Part shown: in pieces, positions 61,136 to 64,000 of the stretch
How the letters are laid out: each line of letters opens with the position of its first letter
How positions within the stretch are numbered: the stretch's first letter is position 1
Assembly: GCF_001194135.2 (NCBI RefSeq)
Contig: NC_068985.1
Location: 759,175 to 823,174 of the forward strand
Source of the DNA: Octopus bimaculoides
Taxonomy: Eukaryota
DNA length: 64,000 nucleotides
Direction: 5' to 3'
The notes under the pieces: model-generated
Seen by the model: only the letters and a program-made list of their open reading frames with translations
The model's database searches: none
What the model was told of the DNA's origin: nothing
Position numbers and translations under genes: made by a program

Positions 61136-63259
61136 GGTAACTGGTGTATGAATGTACATATGTGTAAGCATGTATGTGTGTATATATGTACCTATCTACT
61201 TGTGTATGTATGCATTAGAGCATGGAAGACATGTTAGTCATGCAAACATGGAAAAACTACTAACTTTACTTTGACCATTATTTGGTATCAAAAGTTTTGT
61301 CTCACCAAAAGATTGAGTAAGACTTTTAGCTCCACCTTTGATGCCATGTTCTGCCACCAGTCATGGCTGGATAAGCCATCAAAGGCGAAACCTGAAGTTA
61401 CACTCCACTCAATATTATTAATAAATTTCACTCTACAAAATGTATAGAGCCTCATCATAGATGTATAGATGCCTCATTCTTTTCTACAAGTCAATCAACG
61501 CCATTATCACACATACATGTGAGCACACACACACACACACACAATACACATGCACACAATACATACGCACAATAGACACACACAAAATACATATACAATA
61601 TGCATGCATTACACACACACACACACACACACACACATGCACGATATACATATGCATGTGCACAAAACACACACACACACATATGTATATAGATAGGGAG
61701 ATAAAGACTTTGCTTATTCATGTATAATGTGAGAAATTTGATGCAAACTATTATGTCAGAATTGCTGGGCTAACATTACAGTTGAATCTAAAGGAGGATA
61801 AAAGGTTAAAATAATATTGGCGATGATTCTTTTTGGTGCAAAAAGCTTGGTGGTGGTGAGTTTTGTATTTGAGATGGTATTGTACTTGAATAAATATGGG
61901 AGATAAACAGGGCAATAAAGTAACAATTAGCCAGCTAGACAGGTTTATTGACTATAAAAATTGTATATTATATTACAGTAATATGTTTTAGAATAATAGG
62001 TTTTCACAACAACATATAATTGATGAAAGAAAGGAAACTATATGAATCTTAAAGTAAGTGAGAGATAAATGAGTTGCATTGTGGGATATGTATTTAAATC
62101 AGACAATCAGGAAAGTAAAAGGCAGACACATGATATTTCTTTACTGGAGCAAAATACATAAGTGAAAGCGCTAGCAGCAGCAGCAGTAGTAGTAGTAGTA
62201 GATGTGTAGTGGAGATGTTGAAGTAATTAAATAATGTTACAAACTTCGACAACAAGCAAAAGAGAATTCTTTGTCAGAAAGGTGTTCACTTAACATGGAG
62301 ACTGACTTCAGTTTAAATTCTCATCTTTCTCAAAGAGAAAGTGACACTTAGATGTTCTGTCAGGAAATGGTACATGTCACCTGATAGTACCATTTCTTTC
62401 ATTTTAACTGAAATAAAGTTAAGATGAAAGTATTTCGTTTTATGCTTTTCTTCTTCTTCTTCTTCTTCTCTTTTTCCTTTTCTTTACATTATTGATTCAG
62501 TGGTAAGTTCATGGTTTACATTACATTCTCCATATCATTATTTTGAGTGTTAGCAGATGCTTGCTTTCTTTCTTTCTTCCCTTTTTTACTTATTGACCCT
62601 TTTCAGTGTTATTGACAGTGTGAAGGAGGGGAAGGGAAGGAATTAGAGAGAAAGTGTAAGGGGGGCAGGGGTTGAGAGGAAAGTGAGATGTGGAGGGAGT
62701 GAGTGTGTGCCAATGACAACCAAATTTCAACATGGAATCCTAAGTTAAAGAGAAACAACCAAATGATTGAGAAACTCGAATAAAAATAAAATGACAAAAC
62801 ATAAATGAAAAGAAAATTCATATAGATAAAAGATAAAAAACAAAAAACAAAACTTTAAAAAGCATTAAAATATATTGCAAAAAATAATAAAAAAGAAATA
62901 AAGAAGGTAAAGCTGAAGAGTATAGCAAAGAATAACCAAAACCTATTTGAAGATCAATTTAACATCTAAAAGAGATTAAATACATCCATATTGATTGCCA
63001 TAATCCAATTATTGCAGAATTATTGGTTTGGTAGAAGTTAGCTAACCATATTTGTTCAGAGTTAGAAAGTAGATGTCTGGCAATAATATTAATTCATTTT
63101 AAATCTAAACCACTCACCTTAAACAGGTAAAGTAATGGCTTCACTGGGTCTTGTTCGGATTTAGTGAAACACAACCAGATTTTTTACTTTTAGTCAATCC
63201 TTTTAAACAGCTTCCAATAATTTCCAATCTAATCACATGGCTACATGTTTGTTAGGAAT

Positions 63260-63260
63260 T

Positions 63261-63296
<36 letters not shown>

Positions 63297-63545
63297 GTCA
63301 TCATCATCATCATTGTCATTTTCGTCACTTAATGTCCAATTCCATGCTGGCATGGGTTGCATGGTTTGACAGGAACTGGAAACGCCAGAGTGCTGCACCA
63401 GACTCCATGTCATGTCTGCTTTGGCATGGTTTCTATGGCTGGATGATGTCCTTCCTAATGCCAACCATTTTACAGAGTGAACTGAGTGTTTTTTATGTGA
63501 CACCAGCACCCCAGGGCTTTTTCCATGGCACCAGCACAGGTGCTT
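63260..63545 (-). mobile_element. RTE-tail SINE-like copy (reverse) with (CAT)n tail
   Basis: (CAT)n..TCCATGCTGGCATGGGTTG..GTTTCTATGGCTGGATGATGTCCTTCCTAATGCCAACC..TTTTATGTGACACCAGCAC. Confidence 0.8.
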
Positions 63546-64000
63546 TATACATTAGGAATGTATAATCAACTAAATCAGCCTCAATACTCTATTAATGTTT
63601 ATTTAATCAAGCTCAGAAGTGTGAAATGTAAAGTCTCTACAGACAGGATTTGAACCCAGAAAGTAAGAGTACATAACTAAATGCCCCAAACTACTGCTTT
63701 TTACTAAGTACACTATTTAATTGCCCACCTACACAAATTTAGTACAATACAAATACTGTTGGCTATCGTTTACTTGTGAGTGAAGCTTTTGTAACACAAC
63801 ATGATTTCACTAAACATTTTGCCTGCTCATGTAGTCATAATCAGAAACAGATGCCTTTGGGACCCCTCACACTAGATTCTGTGGAACATCCAGAATTGGA
63901 CAGCCTAAGGAAGGGAGGACTTAACCAACACCTGACTAGTAGTCATTACGGATTAGCAGGTAGGTGTAATTGGAAATAAAATGTCTTGCTCAAGAACATA

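Overview
Eukaryotic, AT-rich, microsatellite-saturated draft-assembly DNA with six N gaps. The SINE and LINE families look like those of octopod cephalopods; this is recognised from memory, not from a search. No complete protein-coding gene or recognisable gene symbol can be supported. There are only a few orphan exon-like segments with good splice signals. Nearly all ORFs in the supplied track are microsatellite, N-gap or repeat artefacts. The window is a transposon landscape: a near full-length decayed mariner with TIRs, a Tc1 transposase remnant, several RTE LINE fragments, two R4/Dong-like RLE fragments, a Helentron-like element, many tRNA-derived SINEs, and a family of foldback elements. 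It also holds a 1.3-kb array of TTCCTGGAAAGTTCCGAGGA units bracketed by inverted SINE halves. The most interesting signal is a set of small type I hammerhead-ribozyme folds in unrelated repeat families: 9223-9259 (-), 31524-31579 (+) and 49963-50008 (-), plus decayed copies. One of them is the tail of a tRNA-headed, (AAT)n-linked SINE-like element present as a head-to-head inverted dimer. This suggests a Pol III SINE that uses a Penelope-type hammerhead end. Ribozyme activity is inferred from the fold only.
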